From positions 320,001-384,000 of the forward strand of contig CAWHHI010000008.1 in NCBI GenBank assembly GCA_963829055.1: DNA of 64,000 nucleotides, in the 5' to 3' direction. Positions within the stretch are counted from its first letter, which is position 1. Every line of letters starts with the position of its first letter. A program made the translations under genes and the position numbers. The notes under the pieces are model-generated. The model was not told the origin of the DNA. It saw only the letters and a list, made by a program, of their open reading frames with translations, and made no database searches. Below are positions 11,660 to 22,835 of the stretch, in pieces. Source of the DNA: an uncultured Gemmatimonadaceae bacterium (lineage in GTDB: Bacteria > Gemmatimonadota > Gemmatimonadetes > Gemmatimonadales > Gemmatimonadaceae).

Positions 11660-14600
11660 TCAGAAGCCGAGGGACATGCGGAGGATGTAGTACGACGCCG
11701 GGCCGGCCGTCTGAAAATCCGACGGGACGTCGCGCGTCGTCGTGCTCGTGACCAGATAGTCGTTCTCCGGATCGAGCCCGCGGTACTTGGTCCAGGTCCC
11801 GAGGTTGCGCGCCGTGACGATGATGTCCGCGCTGCGGGCGCGCAGCAGGTTCGCGAACCGCGGTGCCAGCGCATACCGCATCGTGACCTCGCGCAGCTTG
11901 AGGAACGTGCCGTCCTGCATGAAGCCGTCGAGCGTCTTCGCGGGGTGGTTGAGGTGCGCCACCGCCATCGCCTGCTCCTCGAACGACGCGTCAGGGTTCA
12001 TCATGCCGTTGCAGTTCTGACGGCTCGCACAGCGAATGCGCTCGGTGTTGTTGTACGCCTTGTAGCCACCGCGATAATCCAGTAGCGCCTGCAGCCGCAG
12101 CCGGCGGCTGAACAGGTCGACGCCGTTCGTGAGCGTGACGATGTTCCTCGGCTGCGTATAGCCGCGGAACACGGCCGAGTCGCCGACGAAAACCTCGCAC
12201 GCGGCCGTGTCGTCCTTCGAGTAAGGTCCGCAGCCAGTGGCCGTCAGGATGCCGTCGTTGTTCTTGTCGTTCCAGCCCGTGATGGGACGCGCCCACCAAC
12301 CGAACATCGGATAGCCCTGAACGACGCGCGTCTCGACGTTGATCTGCTGCGGCGTGCCGCCGAGATCGAGCAGCTTGTTCCGGTTCGTCGACGCATTGAG
12401 CGTCACGTCCCAGGCGAACGTCCGGCGATTCAACACCTGCGCGTTCCCGAGGAACTCGAGACCCTGGTTCATCGTGGCGCCCAGGTTGCGGCGTACGGTC
12501 GTGCCGGCCTCGTTGTTCTGTCCGCCCACGCCGGCGGATGGCGCGACGATCGCGCTGATCAGCGCGTCCTGCGTCTTCTTGTGATAGAACGTCAGGTCGA
12601 GGCTGAGCCGGTTGTTCGCGAGCTTCGTCTCGAATCCCGCCTCGAACTCGGTGGACTTCTCGGGCTTGAGCGCGGTGTTGCCGAGCAGGTTGTAGCGCAC
12701 GCCCGGCTGGTCGGTCGAGAGAATGTTCACCGGGTTCGCCTCGAACGTGCGCAGCGCGTCGTTAGGTCCGGGCTGTACGCCCGACGCGCCGTAGGCCGAG
12801 CGGAGCCGGAGCGAGTTGAGCCACGAGAGCTGCGGGAAGAAGCTCTCGTCGGAAAGAATCCACGAGATGCCCGCCTTCGGATACCAGACGCTCTGGAAGT
12901 CCGTCCCGAACGCGCTGTTCTGGTCGGAGCGAACGGCGGCGGTCACGAACAGCCGATCGTTGAAGCCCAGCGCCTCTTCCGCGAAGAAGCCGAGCGTCTT
13001 CTGCAGCGTCGTCGCGCTTGCCGCGTTAGGCTCGGCGCCTGCGGCCGGCGTCTGCGTGCCAGGCGGCAGGTTGGTGCCCTCGCCGGCATTCTGGCTGGAG
13101 CTGTAGTTCACGTATTGCACGCCCGCCGTCGTCTTGGCGTTCAGCCATGGCCGTGGGTTGAACGATCCAGTGCTCGACAGGTTCGCGGTGAGGTTTCGGA
13201 TGTTCGTGCGTCCCTCACCAGCGAAGCCGAGCCGGTAGGTGGAGTTCAGCGGTGGCGCCTCGCCACGATAGCGCAGATCGACGTCCGCGCGATCCGTGAA
13301 GTCGTTTCCGATGGTGACGCGCGTCTGGTTCCAGCTGAAGGGCCGGTAGTTCGCGTCGCCGGACAGGATGAAGCGGTTCACGCCCTGCTCGACCTTCTCC
13401 TGCCACGTGTACCCCGGCGTCCAGGCGCGATAGCCGTTGCACGGCGTCGCGGGCGTCACGGCTACGTTGCAGTTGTCCTTGTAGCCCGGGCCGCCGAACA
13501 GGTGCGAGCCCAGTCCCGCTGTCGCGTTCGACTCGAGTGTGTAGCGCTGATTCAGGTTGATGTACCCGCTCGACACGGCGAGGTCGAGCTTCGGGCCTAA
13601 CGAGGCGCCGACGTTCGCGCGGATGCTGTTCTTGCCGAGCGTGTTCGGGCGGTCCGTCCAGTCGTGGAGCGGGATTCCCTGCTCCTTGAACCGACGCCGC
13701 TCGAAATCCGGAAGCTCCAGCGTGCCGACTTCCTCCTCGCGCTCAGCGGAGACGAAGTACCGGATCGCGTCGGATCCGGCCGACACCTGCGCGCCTGCCT
13801 GCCAGCGGTTGCCGCTCCCGATCGGCGTCGCATCCGGATCATGCGCCGGCGCGTAGACGCGCAGGCTGTCGAACGCACAGCTGCCCGCCGACACCTGCGG
13901 AAGCGTGCATTCGCGATACGCGGTCGATCCCGGCGAGTGGCCAGCGAGCGTGTAGTTCCACGGATACGTGTTGCGGTCTTCGAGATAGCCGCCTTCACCG
14001 TAGACATTCCAGCGTGGCGCGCCGGCGCGGCCCTTCTTGGTCGTGATCACGATGACGCCGTTCGCGGCGTCGGTGCCGTACAGCGTCGCGGCCGACGGCC
14101 CCTTCACGACCTCGATGTTCTCGATCTCCTCGGGATTGATATCGCCGACGCGGCTGGCGTTACCACCGCCGGTGCCGTAGCGGTTGCTCCCAATGTCGCT
14201 CGTCATGCGGATGCCATCGATCACGTAGATCGGATCGTTGGACAGGTTGAGCGAGTTCTGGCCGCGGATACGCACACGCGAGCCCGTGCCCGTCTGCGTC
14301 CCCGTCTGCACCGCGACGCCCGCGGTCCGCGAGTTGATCAGGTCGTCCACACTGCGAACCGGTGCCTCGTCGACGACCTTCGCCGCATCGATCTGCGCGA
14401 CCGAGTTGCCGATCTCGACGCGGCGCTGTTCGCCGGTAGCGGTGGTTACGACCGGCGCCAGGCTGACCGCTACCGCCCCGAGCGCGAAGTCGACGGTCGC
14501 TTCCTCATTGGCCACGACGGTGACCTGCTTCTTCTGCTCCGCGTAGCCGACGCGAAGCACACGGACCTGCTGGACTTGAGGCACGACGCCACGAATGAGT

Positions 14601-14812
14601 GCGCGGCCGTCGGCGCCCGTGAGCGCACCCTGCGTCGTGCCCACGATCTGCACCTGTGCCTGCGCGATCGGCTGCTGAGTTGCGGCGTCGGTCACGCGCA
14701 CGGTGATCCTGCCCTGCTGTGCCTCCGCCGCGGCGGTGAACACGGCCAGTGAGGCACTCACGGCGAGTGCCCATGGAATCCTGCGACTGACGATGGACGT
14801 GAGAGTTTGCAT
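11660..14812 (-). CDS. SusC/RagA family TonB-dependent outer membrane transporter 1
   Basis: Intact ORF; RIRGQNSL..PIYVIDG, DINPEEIENIEVVKGPSAATLYGTDAANGVIVITTKKG, LKPEKS, C-terminal Phe. Confidence 0.95.
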   Translation of the reverse strand: MQTLTSIVSRRIPWALAVSASLAVFTAAAEAQQGRITVRVTDAATQQPIAQAQVQIVGTTQGALTGADGRALIRGVVPQVQQVRVLRVGYAEQKKQVTVVANEEATVDFALGAVAVSLAPVVTTATGEQRRVEIGNSVAQIDAAKVVDEAPVRSVDDLINSRTAGVAVQTGTQTGTGSRVRIRGQNSLNLSNDPIYVIDGIRMTSDIGSNRYGTGGGNASRVGDINPEEIENIEVVKGPSAATLYGTDAANGVIVITTKKGRAGAPRWNVYGEGGYLEDRNTYPWNYTLAGHSPGSTAYRECTLPQVSAGSCAFDSLRVYAPAHDPDATPIGSGNRWQAGAQVSAGSDAIRYFVSAEREEEVGTLELPDFERRRFKEQGIPLHDWTDRPNTLGKNSIRANVGASLGPKLDLAVSSGYINLNQRYTLESNATAGLGSHLFGGPGYKDNCNVAVTPATPCNGYRAWTPGYTWQEKVEQGVNRFILSGDANYRPFSWNQTRVTIGNDFTDRADVDLRYRGEAPPLNSTYRLGFAGEGRTNIRNLTANLSSTGSFNPRPWLNAKTTAGVQYVNYSSSQNAGEGTNLPPGTQTPAAGAEPNAASATTLQKTLGFFAEEALGFNDRLFVTAAVRSDQNSAFGTDFQSVWYPKAGISWILSDESFFPQLSWLNSLRLRSAYGASGVQPGPNDALRTFEANPVNILSTDQPGVRYNLLGNTALKPEKSTEFEAGFETKLANNRLSLDLTFYHKKTQDALISAIVAPSAGVGGQNNEAGTTVRRNLGATMNQGLEFLGNAQVLNRRTFAWDVTLNASTNRNKLLDLGGTPQQINVETRVVQGYPMFGWWARPITGWNDKNNDGILTATGCGPYSKDDTAACEVFVGDSAVFRGYTQPRNIVTLTNGVDLFSRRLRLQALLDYRGGYKAYNNTERIRCASRQNCNGMMNPDASFEEQAMAVAHLNHPAKTLDGFMQDGTFLKLREVTMRYALAPRFANLLRARSADIIVTARNLGTWTKYRGLDPENDYLVTSTTTRDVPSDFQTAGPASYYILRMSLGF

Positions 14813-15258
14813 CCGTTCGAGCCCTCCGCTGAAGGGAACGCGAGCGGCCGCCCCGACTGCGGAGCGCCGCGGGTCCAGCACCGGATCGGTCTGGCGGCGT
14901 CAGGTGGCGTTGCCTAACGACTCGCCGCCGAACTGTCGAGGTCGCGGAGACTCGGCCGAGTCCGGGCCAGCCGGACCGACCGCGCGCCTGGGGTTGGTGT
15001 TCGCTTGGTGCCTGACGAGCTGCCTGACGAGTGGCCGAGCAGACACGGCGGCGCCGGCGCGGGCGCCGCGGTGACTCGGGACTGGGACGAGACCCACTCG
15101 CGCCGCACAAACTCCGTTTCGTCGCGGCGCCTCACAATTCGTTAGGGACGCGCCGCATTTCGAGAGTGGCGAAGCCAACGAGCAACAGGGCTACCTGATG
15201 CCGTGACAAGGCGAGCCGGGCGATTGAGGCGCGTGTCCTCCCGAGGAGCGCCAGCGGT

Positions 15259-15369
15259 TGTCATCCCGAGCGACAGCGAGGGACCTTGTGTGAAGTCATC
15301 GTGGCCGAGACCGGCCACGATGACTTCACAGAAGGTCCCTCGTCGCTCGCTGCACTCCTCGGGATGACA
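15259..15369. repeat. Palindromic element, subtype B (GTCATCCC)
   Basis: TGTCATCCCGAG...CTCGGGATGACA termini; inner perfect stem TGTGAAGTCATCGTGGCCG/CGGCCACGATGACTTCACA. Confidence 0.88.
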
Positions 15370-15383
15370 GGTTCCCGGATGCA

Positions 15384-15422
15384 CGAAGCCCCTGAATCGT
15401 CACCGACGATTCAGGGGCTTCG
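15384..15422 (-). terminator. Stem-loop downstream of susD2, probable terminator
   Basis: CGAAGCCCCTGAATCGTC-acc-GACGATTCAGGGGCTTCG perfect stem; weak U-tract. Confidence 0.6.
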
Positions 15423-15476
15423 CTTCACGCGTTAGGCGTGGAACAGTCGCCTAGGGGTTTCTGTTACAGCGTTGTG

Positions 15477-16915
15477 TTACGGGTTTCTGTCGATACAGGC
15501 CGGGGCGCCGTTCAGCTCCGGGTTGTTCTCCTCTGCCTGCGTCACCGGGAGGTTCACATCCGGGCCGTACTGGCCACCGCGATAGTGCTCGCCAACCGGG
15601 AAGACCTGGTTGACCGTGCGGCCGTACTGACGAACCTGACGACGCATGTCGCCGAGGCGGAAGCCACGGCCGAACTCCCAGAACGCCTTCTCGCGGAAGA
15701 AGAGGCTGGTCGCCGCGTCCTGCGTCGCCGGAGTCGGCAGCGGCCGCCATGGCCGCTGGCTGCACTTCACCGAGCTTCGGCGGAGCAGCGCGCAGCGCAT
15801 TGAGGATCGCCATCATGCCGGGGATGTCATTGGCCTTGAGCTTGCCTTCCGCCTCGATCAGACGCGCGTCGATACCGTTGTAGATCGCGACGGTCGTGCT
15901 GCGTGCCCACAACGTCGTCGTCCGCGATGGAATCGACCCGTCCTGCGACAGCGTGGTGTCCTTTCCATTCGACGAGATCGTGTAACTGCGACGGCACGCG
16001 CGGATCCTGTGCCGAGTAGAACGGAATCGCGTTCTTCACGAGCAGGTTGTGACCGCGGCCCTCGAGCGAGTCACCGACCGTATAGCGACGCTGGCTGGAT
16101 GGCTGATTCCAGAGCGTGTTGTCGCCCGAGCTCGTGCGCGAACGTGATGTCGTACGTGAACGTGTTAGGCACCGCGGTGGTCGTGACCAGCGCCGCGGCC
16201 TCGGCGATCTGGCCGAGCCCGAGGAGCGCACGAGCCTTCGTCACGAGCAGCGCGCGACGCACCAGCAGATCGCCAGCCGCGGTCGCAGTCGCCGGAATCA
16301 GGGCCAGGCCCGGAGTCAGCCGAGGCAACCGCCGCGGTGAACACGAATGCGCCCGGACGCGGTATGTCGTAGACGATCGTGCCGGTGGAATCGATGCCGG
16401 ACAGCGGGATGCCGTTGCAGTAAGTCGTTCGCCAACTGCTGCTCGGCATACGCTCGCACGAAATACATCTCCGCGATACGCGTCGCCTCGGTTGGGCGCC
16501 ACTGCTTCAGGCCGCGAATGCGCCTCGTTGGCCGACGTGCGTGCCCGTGCCAGCTGACGGTACATCGTGTTGACCGTGCCGTTGTTGATCTGGATCGAGC
16601 GCTGATCCGTCTCGTCGTTCTGCACGAACGTGGAGCTCGTGGACCACTCGTCCGCGAGCAAGCCGCCGAAGAGCCAGCGTGCTGCCTTCGCCGGCCGTGC
16701 TCGGTCCGATCGTCTTCAGTCGCCCGAGCGCGCCGTTGTAGATCGCGAGCGCGCCTTCCGCGGAGTTGGCGTTCTCCGGAACGAATGAGGTCGGGGTCGA
16801 CCGCCTCGAGCAGGTTGTCCGTGGCATTGCAGGCGCCGAGCAGCGGGATGAGCGCCACCGTCGAGATTCCGACGGCGACGCGCACCCGCGCGGCGATAGT
16901 GTTGTATAGTCTCAT
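15477..16915 (-). CDS. RagB/SusD family lipoprotein 2 (several frameshifts)
   Basis: Lipobox LGAC; LADEWSTSSTFVQNDETDQRS identical to susD1; FREKAFW..RLGDMRR. Confidence 0.86.
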
Positions 16916-16941
16916 GGAATCAGCTAGTCGTCGTTAGGGTC

Positions 16942-19900
16942 TTAGAAGCCGATGTTGAAGCGCACGGTCCAGTAGCTCGCGAGGCCGATCGTCTGGAAGT
17001 CAGACGGAACGTCGCCGCCACCGGTGGCCGTGTAGTCGTTCTCCGGATCGATGCCGCGATACTTCGACCACGTGCCGAGGTTACGGCCGGAGAAGATCAT
17101 GTCGGCGTTCCGGGCCCGCATCAGGCTGGCGACGCGCGTCGGCATCGACCATCGGACCGACATCTCGCGCAGCTTGACGAAGTCACCGTCCTGGTAGAAC
17201 CCATCGAGCGTCTTCGGACGGGTCGTCGCGCGTGGCAACGACCATCGCCTGCTCCTCGAGCGAGGAGTTCGGATTCTCGAGACCGTTGCAGTTCTGGCGG
17301 CTCGTGCAGCGAATGCGCTCGGTGTTGTTGTACGCCTTGTAGCCGCCGCGGTAGTCGAACAGCGCCTGGACGCGCAGCTTGCGGTTCAGGAACTCGAACC
17401 CGGGCGTCGCGGTGACGATGTGGCGCGGCTGCGTGTAGCCACGGAAGATCGACGGAATCGCCGACGAACACCTCGTTCAACGCCGGATTGGCGTTGTACG
17501 TGAGGATGCCGTCCTTGTTCTTGTCCTCGTAGCCCGTTGATCGGCTGCGCCCACCAGCCGAACAGCGGGTACCCCTCGACCACGCGCGTGCTGACTCCGA
17601 TCTGCGGCGGCGTGCCGCCGAGGTCGAGCAGCTTGTTGGCGTTCGTGCGAGCCGTTGATCGTGATGTCGAACGCGAACGACTTGCGATCGATGATCTGCG
17701 CGTTCGTGAGCATCTCGAAACCGTGGTTACGCACCGCGCCGAGGTTCTGCAGCACGGTCGTCGCGCCCGTGCCGACCGACGGCGCGATGACGGCCGCGAT
17801 GAGCGCGTCCTTCGTGCGCTTCTGGTACGCGGTGACGTCGAGGCTCAGGCGGTTGTTGAGCATCTTCATCTCGAAGCCGCCCTCGAGCTCCGTCGTGCGC
17901 TCCGGCTTGAGATCCGTCGTTGCCTAACGCGTTGTTCGTCAGCGTGGGCGTGTCGACGCCCTTCACGTTGACGGCAGCGCGTGGAGATGGTGCGAAGCGC
18001 GTCGTTCGGTCCCGGCTGAACGCCGGCGGCGCCGTACGCCGAGCGCAGACGCAGCGAGTTGAGCCAGCCCCACTGCGGGAAGAAGCCTTCGTCGCTGATG
18101 ACGTAGCTGGCGGCGAACTTCGGGTACCACACGCTCTGGAAGTCCGTACCGAACGCGCTGTTCTGGTCCGTACGAACCGCGGCGGTGAGGAACAGGCGGT
18201 CATGAATGCCCGCCGATTCCTCGATGAAGAAGCCGAGGGTCTTCGTGAGCGTCGTCGTTTCCGTGACGTCCGTAGCGGAACGCGTGATCGTCGACGAGCA
18301 CGTCTGCGCGCCCGGGGGCAGCTCGGTACCGCCGCACTGGTTGCCGTCGAACTGATAGTTCACGTACTGGGTGCCGACCGTGGTGCGAGAGTTCAACCAC
18401 GACAGCGGGTTGAAGTTCGCGCCCGACGTCAGGTCGAGCGTCGTGTTACGAATGTTGTTGCGGCCGTTGTACTTGAAGCCGAGACGGTAGTTCGTCGTGA
18501 TCGGCGGACCTTCGCCACGATACAGGAGGTTGTCGTCGACGCGATCCGTGAGGTCCGTGCCGAACGTGAGGCGGGTCTGGTTCCACGTGAACGGACGCCA
18601 CGTGGCGTTCGTGCTGCCGATGAACCGGTTGATGCCCTGCCCCGTCTTCTCCTGCCAGGTGTAGCCCGGCGTCCACGCGCGGTAGCCGTTGAGCGGCGTG
18701 CCCGTGGTGGCAACGGTGCCGTTCTCCTTGTAGCCCTGACCGCCGAACGCCTGCGAGCCGATACCGGCCGTCGCGTTCGACTCCAGCGTGTAGCGCTGGT
18801 TCAGGTTGATGTAGCCGACGTTCAGCGCGAGGTCGAGCTTCGAGCCCACCGACGCGTTGACGTTCGTGCGGACCGTGTTGCGGGCGAGCGCGTTCGGACG
18901 CTTCGTCCAATCGCGAATCGGCACCTTCTCGGCGGTGAGCCGGCGGACTTCGAAGTCCGGAAGCTCGAGCACGCCCGTTTCCTCTTCGCGCTCACCCGAC
19001 ACGAAGTAGCGAATGCTCTCCGTACCAGCGGACAGGTTGGCGCCGACCTGGTAGCGATTGCCGGTGCCGATCGGGGTCGCGTCCGTGTCGAAGAACGGGC
19101 TGTAGATGCGGACGCTGTCCACCTTGCAGGCGCCGGACGACACGAGCGGCAGCGTGCAGGAGGCGGCGCTACGGGGGCCGCCGGTCGCAGCGTCCTTGCC
19201 CGTCAGCGTGTAGTTCCACGGATACGTGTTGCGATCGTCGAGGTAGCCGCCCTCGCCGTACGTGTTCCAGCGCGCCGAGCCGGCGCGGCCCTTCTTGGTC
19301 GTGATCACGATGACGCCGTTCGCGGCGTCGGTGCCGTACAGCGTCGCCGCCGACGGCCCCTTCACGATCTCGACGTTCTCGATCTCGTCCGGGTTCAGGT
19401 CGCCGACGCGGCTGGCGTTGTTGCCACCCGTGCCGAAGCCGGAGCCGAGGTTGCTCGTCATGCGGATCCCGTCGATGACGTAGATCGGATCGTTCGAGAG
19501 GCTGAGCGAGCTCGCGCCGCGGATACGGACGCGCGACCCGGTTCCCGTCTGCGTGCCGGTCTGCACCGCCACGCCTGCCGTCCGCGAGTTGATCAGGTCA
19601 TCGATGCTTCTGATCGGCGCTTCCGCCGCGATCTTCGACGGCGTCGATCTGCGCAATGGAGTTGCCCTGCTCGACCGTGCGCTGGTCGCCCGTGGCCGTC
19701 GTGACGACGGGCGACAGGCTGATCGCGACCGCGCCGATCGCGAAGTCGACCGTGACTTCCTGGTCGCGCGCGTAACCGTGACCTGCTTCTTCTGCTCCGC
19801 CGTATCCGACGCGGAGCACGCGAACCTGGTGACGTACCGGCGGGAACGCCGCGAAGGAGGAACCGCCCTTCAGGGCCCGTCAGGCCGCCGAGCGTGGTCC

Positions 19901-20063
19901 CAACGATTTGCACCTGAGCCTGACTCACTGGTTGCTGATTCGCGACGTCGGTGACGCGGACCATGACCCGGCCCTGCTGTGCCTGGGCGGTGAACGAAGT
20001 GGCGCACAGCGCCACCGCTATCCCGGCCGCCCATCGAACAGAAATCGACGGGAGAGATCTCAT
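16942..20063 (-). CDS. SusC/RagA family transporter 2 (several frameshifts)
   Basis: Same plug motif (KGPSAATLYGTDAANGVIVITTKKG); ends NIGF; GGAGGG upstream of ATG. Confidence 0.92.
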
Positions 20064-20087
20064 CCTAACTACCCTCCTGACTGGTGG

Positions 20088-20123
20088 GAAAAAAAACGAC
20101 CCCGCCCATTTTGGCGGGTCGTT
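20088..20123 (-). terminator. Intrinsic terminator inside the susC2 5' leader
   Basis: Minus strand AACGACCCGCCA-AAA-TGGGCGGGGTCG followed by about 8 T, ending about 25 nt before the start codon. Confidence 0.7.
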
Positions 20124-20225
20124 GAGGAATCAATCTGAACGGCTCGGTCCTGACCCGTCGCAACGCGGGGTGAGGCGCACGCGATGTGACCAAACGCCGT
20201 TAGGGCATGTTGAGTTGTGTCAGCT

Positions 20226-20254
20226 AGGTTACCGACCGTCGCCACGCCCGTCAA
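20226..20254 (-). promoter_or_regulatory. Sigma70-type promoter for susC2
   Basis: TTGACG-17 bp-TAACCT on the minus strand. Confidence 0.6.
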
Positions 20255-20375
20255 CGGGCGTCGCGTCGTCACCTGTAAGGATTCGGTGAATGGGCGTTCA
20301 CGGTCGGCCAAGGCATGACAAACCGACCGAAAAACGCGCTTTGTCCCAGCCTGATTAGTAGCTTCCAACGGCAAT

Positions 20376-20408
20376 AAAAAGGGGCCCGGCTGAGTGAGCC
20401 GGGCCCCT
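20376..20408 (-). terminator. Intrinsic terminator
   Basis: AGGGGCCCGGCT/AGCCGGGCCCCT stem followed by TTTTT on the minus strand. Confidence 0.8.
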
Positions 20409-20470
20409 CGTGTTTTGCCAATCCCTGAGCCGTGTGGGACCGCCCCCGGATACCCGCCGGCGTCCCTCCG

Positions 20471-21597
20471 CTAGCGGTTCTCCCACGCGAAGCCGGTCGC
20501 CATTCGCTCGAGCCGTCGCGGGTCCTTTGGCGTTCGTCCGTCCATGATCCGAAGCACGCTCGTTCCGCCAAGGCTCGGCCCGTATCCCTTGGTCGCCAGG
20601 TCGTCGATCCCGTCGCCGTCGCCGTCGAGCGCGTAGACCGCTTCGTGGCCCCGGAACCGGTAGTCGCGGAGACGAAGCGGACTGAGCTTCCCCGCGTCGT
20701 CGATGAGGATCGACGATCTCGCGCACCCACTCGTACTCGCCCGCCCACGCCGTCGCGACGACGATCGCTCGGCCGCCCGGGAAGCAGCCCGGCACCGCCG
20801 TCGACCGGTACTTGAGCGACTTGAGCAGGCGCTCGTACGGCGGTTTCTCGCCGAGCCGAAGCACCTCCTCGAGGGAGTCACGGACCGCCTTCACGCGCGC
20901 GTCGAGCGGGGGCGGCAGCGGACCGCGAACACATGCCGTGTCGGTCAACGCTTCGCTGGCCGAATCCACCAGCTGGGCCGTGACCGGAAGCGGTTCGACC
21001 GTGCGCGCCAGCGAATCCACGCGCGGTGCCGTCGCAACCGTCGCGACGATGCGCCCGTTCCACGTATCGAAGCCGTTGATCGTCGCGTCGTCCGCGCCCC
21101 ACGGTCCGCGCAGTCGGAAGCGGGTACCCGTCGGAAACGGCGTGCGCGCCGCGACCGCCAGCTTGTACGCGGCGAGCCGCGCCGGGTTGCGCCGCACTTC
21201 CATGTCTACACGCCCAATGTCCACGAGCAGACGCTTGCCGCGAGCAGCGGCGAGGAACCAGCCCTGCGTCACCGGCGGGAATACGAGCTTGTCGGCGATG
21301 GAATCCGCCAGCGGTGGCAGCACCTTGGGTCGCGCCCGCGCAGCGGGCCGGTTGCGACGCACCGTCGCCGCGACCGCGCTGTCGATCGAGCCCCGCAGGC
21401 TGCCGACGCCGGTCGCGAGCGCAGTGTCGGACTGGGGACTGGGGACTGGGGACTGGGGACTGGACGCCACGAGGGTGGAGTCGACGGTGGCGCTGTCGGA
21501 GTCCGCGACAGCCGCCGCGCGCGACTCGCAGGCCGCGACGGCGATGACCGTCAGGCACGGAGATCCCGAGTCGGGCGGCGCGGTCCAGAATGGTCAA
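20471..21597 (-). CDS. Hypothetical lipoprotein (frameshifted)
   Basis: VIAVAAC lipobox-like; SPQSPVPSPQS linker encoded by heptamer repeats; DGDGDGIDD Ca-binding-like motif; start codon uncertain. Confidence 0.6.
21429..21463. repeat. (GGACTGG)x5 heptamer array
   Basis: Five exact copies. Confidence 0.9.
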
Positions 21598-21693
21598 GCG
21601 AGTTCGCAGGCGAGTGTGGATGCGATCACGCGATGCGTCGATCGGCTGAATCGCGATAGTGAACGCGCGTGGCTGACATAAATTGGTCTGCCG

Positions 21694-21723
21694 AGTCCCC
21701 AGTCCCTCAGTCCCCAGTCCCCA
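21694..21723. repeat. AGTCCCC heptamer array, about 4 copies, inverted relative to 21429
   Basis: AGTCCCC AGTCCCT C AGTCCCC AGTCCCC. Confidence 0.85.
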
Positions 21724-21727
21724 CGTG

Positions 21728-22742
21728 ATGGTCCACCAGTTCGCGTACAGCCCGGGCAACGTCCGAGGACGACGCCGAGCGGCAACTCGCAGCGCCCGGC
21801 TCCGCGCCGCTTGGCGGCGGGACGGACCTGATGGTGTGCATTCGCGAAGACCTCGCGCGCCCTGACGTGCTCGTTGACCTCACGCGCATCCCCGACGCCC
21901 GCGAGCTCACCTGGCGGGACGACGGTGGCCTCCGCATTGGCGGCTCCGTTCGGCTCGCGCAGCTGGCGCGCGACCCGCGCGTCCGCGAGCGATTCGGTGC
22001 ACTCGCCCAGGCCTGCGAGAGCGTCGGAACGCCCGCGCTCCGCACCATGGGGACGATTGCGGGCAATCTTTGTCAACGTCCGCGCTGCTGGTACCTCCGA
22101 AGTGGCTTCGCCTGCCACAAGCACGGGGGCGACTCGTGCCCCGCCGCGTCGGGCGAGAACCAGTACCACGCGATCTTCGGCGGCGGTCCGTGCTACATCG
22201 TGCACCCGTCGGACCCGGCGGTGGCCCTGACCGCGCTCGAGGCGGAGGTGGAGATTCGGAGCGCCCGTTCGGCGGCCAGCGCCGGCGGCGAGGCTGCTGC
22301 TCACGTTAGGCGTGTGCCGATCGCCGAGTTCTTCGTCTTGCCGAGCGAGCGCCTGGACCACGAGACGGTCCTGGGCGCGGGCGAGTACGTGAGCGCCATC
22401 GAGATCCCGGGTGGCTCCGCGGGTGGCGTGCAGTGGTTCGAGAAGGTGATGCAGCGTGCCGCGTGGGACTTCGCGCTGGTGTCGCTGGCGGCGGTGCGCC
22501 GTGAGGACGGTGCGGTGCGCCTCGTGTTCGGCGGCGTGGCGCCGAAGCCGTGGCGGGTGTCGGAGTCGGTGGAGGAGGACGTGGCGTCGGGTGGACTGTC
22601 GGAGGACGACATTGCGACGTTGGCGGAGCGGGCGATGTACGACGCGAAGCCGCTGGCGAAGAACGGCTACAAGGTGGAGATGGCGGCGGCGGTGTTGAGG
22701 AGAGGCATTGGCAAGATCCTGATCGACGACCTGCGGCGTTGA
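21728..22742 (+). CDS. Xanthine dehydrogenase family FAD-binding subunit (YagS-like; N-terminal frameshift)
   Basis: GGTDL-like motif, LRTMGTIAGNLCQRPRCWY, HPSD, WDFALVS, GGVAPKPWR, NGYKV. Confidence 0.92.
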
Positions 22743-22835
22743 GTGTTGCCATGACACACCACCATGACACACCACACTGTCGTCTTTCCAGCGCCTGAAC
22801 TCAGTCGTAGTTCGTGTTCGAGTTCTCGACCGCCC

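Noticed and set aside
17920..19704. Long ORFs antisense to real genes (also 51130..52353, 12581..13600, 13664..14752)
   Set aside because: These are shadow ORFs expected in high-GC coding DNA. The opposite strand carries recognisable SusC or SufB.
22749..22774. 13-bp direct repeat CCATGACACACCA x2 as an island attachment site
   Set aside because: It is a tandem pair only. I saw no distant second copy or integrase, and it could be read stutter.
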